Positions 60,800 through 64,000 of a stretch of 64,000 nucleotides of DNA are shown here, one piece after another. Position numbers and translations under genes: made by a program. The stretch comes from Somniosus microcephalus (lineage: Eukaryota), in NCBI GenBank assembly GCA_052327205.1, contig CM126230.1, positions 29,140,001 to 29,204,000 of the forward strand, given 5' to 3'. Each line of letters starts with the position of its first letter. Within the stretch, counting starts at the first letter, position 1. The notes below the pieces were generated by a model. It had not been told where the DNA came from. It made no database searches and saw only the letters and a list, made by a program, of their open reading frames with translations.

Positions 60800-63500
60800 T
60801 TAAAAAAGCAGAATATATGCCTAGTTTACAGAGAAACTGCAGCAGAATATCATTTATGTATTGAAAAGTACAGTCTATGAGAATGACAAACCGTGGACCA
60901 CACAGAGAGAGTGGTACAGTGAAGATTGACCAGCTTATGGATCGAAATTGATGTGATTATTTATTTCACTGATCAAGTGGTGGAAGGGAAGGGAATGTGC
61001 AGTAAATATATTTGATCTCAAACCATGTGGTACACTTTGAGAACTTTTGTAAGTTTAATATAAAGAAGCTCTAAGCAAATTTCCTGTCCTGAAAATGCAA
61101 GAAAGAAATAAGCTTCAACAATATTGGCCCGTATTTTCCGATGCCTACACACCCGTAGACATTGGAAATGCTGGTTTCAGGCATGCGAAGCTCTTGACAG
61201 ATCGGACACCTGCCCCGGAGAAGGGCCTCTGCGGGGGGAAGAGTGCAGAACCTCCGCCCGCTAAAAACCCTTAAAAATCTTATGCCTGGTAAAAGCAGAC
61301 GTAAGGCCTGCTTTTACCAGCATAAGTGTTGCAAAAAGTTAAAAAAAAACTTTTTCGCTCATTTATAATTTAAAAATACTTTTAAAAAGGGTAAGTTTAT
61401 TTTTAGCCCTGTAAAAAAAAACTTTAATTATTTTATTCAAAAATTAAATTTGGTTTAAAATATTTAATTTAATGTAATTTTAACTCATTTTAAAAATGTG
61501 TTGGTTTTTAAAAAATTTATTTAATGTTTTAGTCTTTTTGGGGTGATCTCCATTCATATATTTAACAGGTCTATCTGTCAAAAGTATGAAGGGGGATTCC
61601 CTTCTTTCATTGGCTCCCCATGGCCCTCGTGATCCCAGGGATGTTTGCGAACCGCATGTGCCTCTGGGATACGTGGGCCCTGCGCATTTCGACTGTGGAG
61701 AGGCCCAGGAGCGGAAGTGTCCGGACCTCGGGAGCCCTCAGGTAAGTTCGTAGATTTTTTTCCGATAGGAGCCATCCGCACGCAGGAAGCCTCCTATCAG
61801 AAATTACGGGCCAATGTAGTTGAAATTATTACCTTTTAATGTAGTGGAGCTCTATTTAAAAATATACATCAATAGCTTTTTAATAAACATGACCAAGAAA
61901 TATTCACTTAAGATAGAACAATCTGTTAAACAAAAATAACTTCATGCTATTTTGTGTCAAATCAGAAGGCAGATTTTCTGCAAGTAATAAATATGGACCT
62001 TTCTTTTTTTTGAAATGTATGATCCTCATGAAACAAGAACACGCTGCATAGAAGGAACATTTATATTGGTTTTGAATTGAATGGTTTTGATTTTCACTGA
62101 TATGATCTGCCTCACAGCTAAAAATTACACATTTCCCTTATGAAAGTTGAAACTAATTGTAGCAGTCCAGACATTTAAATATAAACCAGGAATGTGTTCA
62201 TACTTTTGTGAGTTAATGAATGTGGAATCCTTATAACAGCATTTCATTCTGAGACAACCAATGTATATATGCACAACAGCAGATCCAGTGGTACTATTTG
62301 AGGTAAAGAAGGTCATCAGTTAAAGTATGGCAATGCAATACGTTGCAACTTCAAGTTGAATGGAAGCTCTGAACAACAGTGAAGATATAATTCAACAGAT
62401 TTTATCCATGGGAGATGTCAGCATGTCTTTCAAAACACAGAACAGCCCAAGTACTCGACAGACATCTTTGTATTGCTACCAAAGAAGGGGGGGAAGTGCT
62501 TAATGACAAACTACAAAGAAATAAGGACAATTATTACTAAAGCATACAGTAACTATAATAGAAGTCTTCACAGATTAAGATTTATTAACCACATTATAGG
62601 GTGAAAAATTGGGCAGTATTTTAAGAAAGAAATGCTACCTTGACCAATTACAAACTCTGCACAGATTCAGGGGAGCAGGACATCAATAACCATAATGTCA
62701 CTTTAATTGATTTCAAGAAAGTACTCAATTTGATTGACACATAATGGTCTCTGATTTGATTGACTGCGGCATACTTCATGCATTGTGAAAGCACTCATTG
62801 TTCTATAACACTCAAATAGCCCTTTCTTCCAAGATGGCATCCTTAATAAAGAATTTGAATTCAAAACTACAGTCCATCAAAAAGATGTCCTAGATCTGTT
62901 GTACTTTTATTGTTTTCATTGATTATGTGCTGTGCCAGTTAGATCCCAGGCTTTGTAACCTATCCAGGATGGTGCAAGGCACATCATGCTAAAGTTCTGA
63001 ATGACCTATACTGCAGATGACATTGCTGTCCTTGAAAGTGACTTGAATAGTGCTCAGGAATAGCTATTGACACTGTCAACCCATTGAGGATGTGACACTT
63101 TGCTGTGAAGTAATTTAAGCGATTCAATGGATGGAATCATCAGAAGTAGACAATGGCATGCAAATCTATCATTTGGATGCCACTCTGGAAGCTTGAGGGG
63201 ATCCACAGACCGTTTTCTAAAGATTGGAAAATTAATTTCTACAAAGCTATTTTCTCCAATTTCCAAAGCCAATTTCACTCTGTGATAGGGAAAGTAGAAG
63301 CTGTTAAATTTTGGGGGATTTTCTTCCTGCTAAATGTCAAGGGTCATGCCTGTAAGTGAGTCTTTGCTCACTATGAGCTGATGTATGACCCTACACACAC
63401 AATATCTGGTGGTGTTGCATTGTCCAGACATCAAACGGAAACCTTAGTTACTGCATTTAGCTAACTGGATAAGACATGAGCCCTCTAATGATCCTTTTAG
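60800..63500 (+). mobile_element. Highly decayed LINE (CR1/L2/Rex-group) ORF2, interrupted by a MITE
   Basis: Ordered remnants NDKPWT (~60882), LIDFKK (~62705), YTADDIAV (~63008), KVEAVKFWGI (ORF 63153..63359). Confidence 0.55.
61126..61812. mobile_element. PIF/Harbinger MITE related to family D
   Basis: TIR GGCCCGTATTTTC / GAAATTACGGGCC; flanks ATT/AAT; shares AAGGCCTGCTTTTA and GGTAAGTTTATTTTTAGCC with 45071. Confidence 0.85.
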
Positions 63501-64000
63501 ACATTGGGTAGGAGAAGAGCAAACATTCTTTGTGACTTAAGACTATAAACTACAGAACAGGTTTTGTATAAAGTAATATACAAGCAGTAGCAAGAGACAA
63601 ATATACAGGCATGTGCAATATTATTAACTTTTGCTCCATTCTCAGGTACGAAATGTGCTAACTTCTGAAAATAGTAAATCTGAACTGGCATCTGTACTGT
63701 ATCTCTTAAATATCTTCTCTTTTCCAGGTCTAGTAGCACGAGGCGGCCCATTTATTCCAGCGGATGGGTTTTTTCCATAACAAAGTTCCTTTTTACGTCG
63801 TTAGCCTGATTCACAACTTCCTACCAGGAGAACCTGATGGAGTGGGGGAGGAGCGCTCTCCACTCCACTCCCATTGGGTGCCAGTACCCTGCTGAATGCC
63901 AACTCAGTATTCAGAGACTGGAGCTCTTCTCTCTGCTTTCCTGGACACTCTTACACGTGGAGATTTGTAATAGCCCATGCAGCTCCATGAGATCACCTCC

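Overview
Non-coding, AT-rich, transposon-dense vertebrate DNA, very probably from a shark or other elasmobranch. That call is an inference from the repeat repertoire: Deu-domain tRNA-SINEs, many CR1 and L2 LINEs, RTE and Penelope fragments. I recognise no host protein-coding exon, rRNA, tRNA gene or CRISPR array; every ORF with recognisable homology is a decayed retrotransposon or transposon. The dominant structure is a layered PIF/Harbinger population: about 15 GC-rich MITEs (GG..CC TIRs, 3-bp TSDs) in several families, nested in LINEs, SINEs and each other. There are also three Myb/SANT-like remnants and one DDE transposase remnant, two arranged as the convergent two-gene layout typical of Harbinger. 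Other signals: minimal hammerhead-ribozyme motifs in short Penelope insertions, an apparent MITE insertion hotspot inside one SINE family, a solo LTR with a 5-bp TSD and a CTCF-like site, a ~26-bp microinversion, and repeat-free islands that may be conserved enhancers. I cannot support a wholly new biological system; the best leads are the Harbinger/MITE and ribozyme observations. Boundaries of old elements are approximate and all alignments were made by eye.
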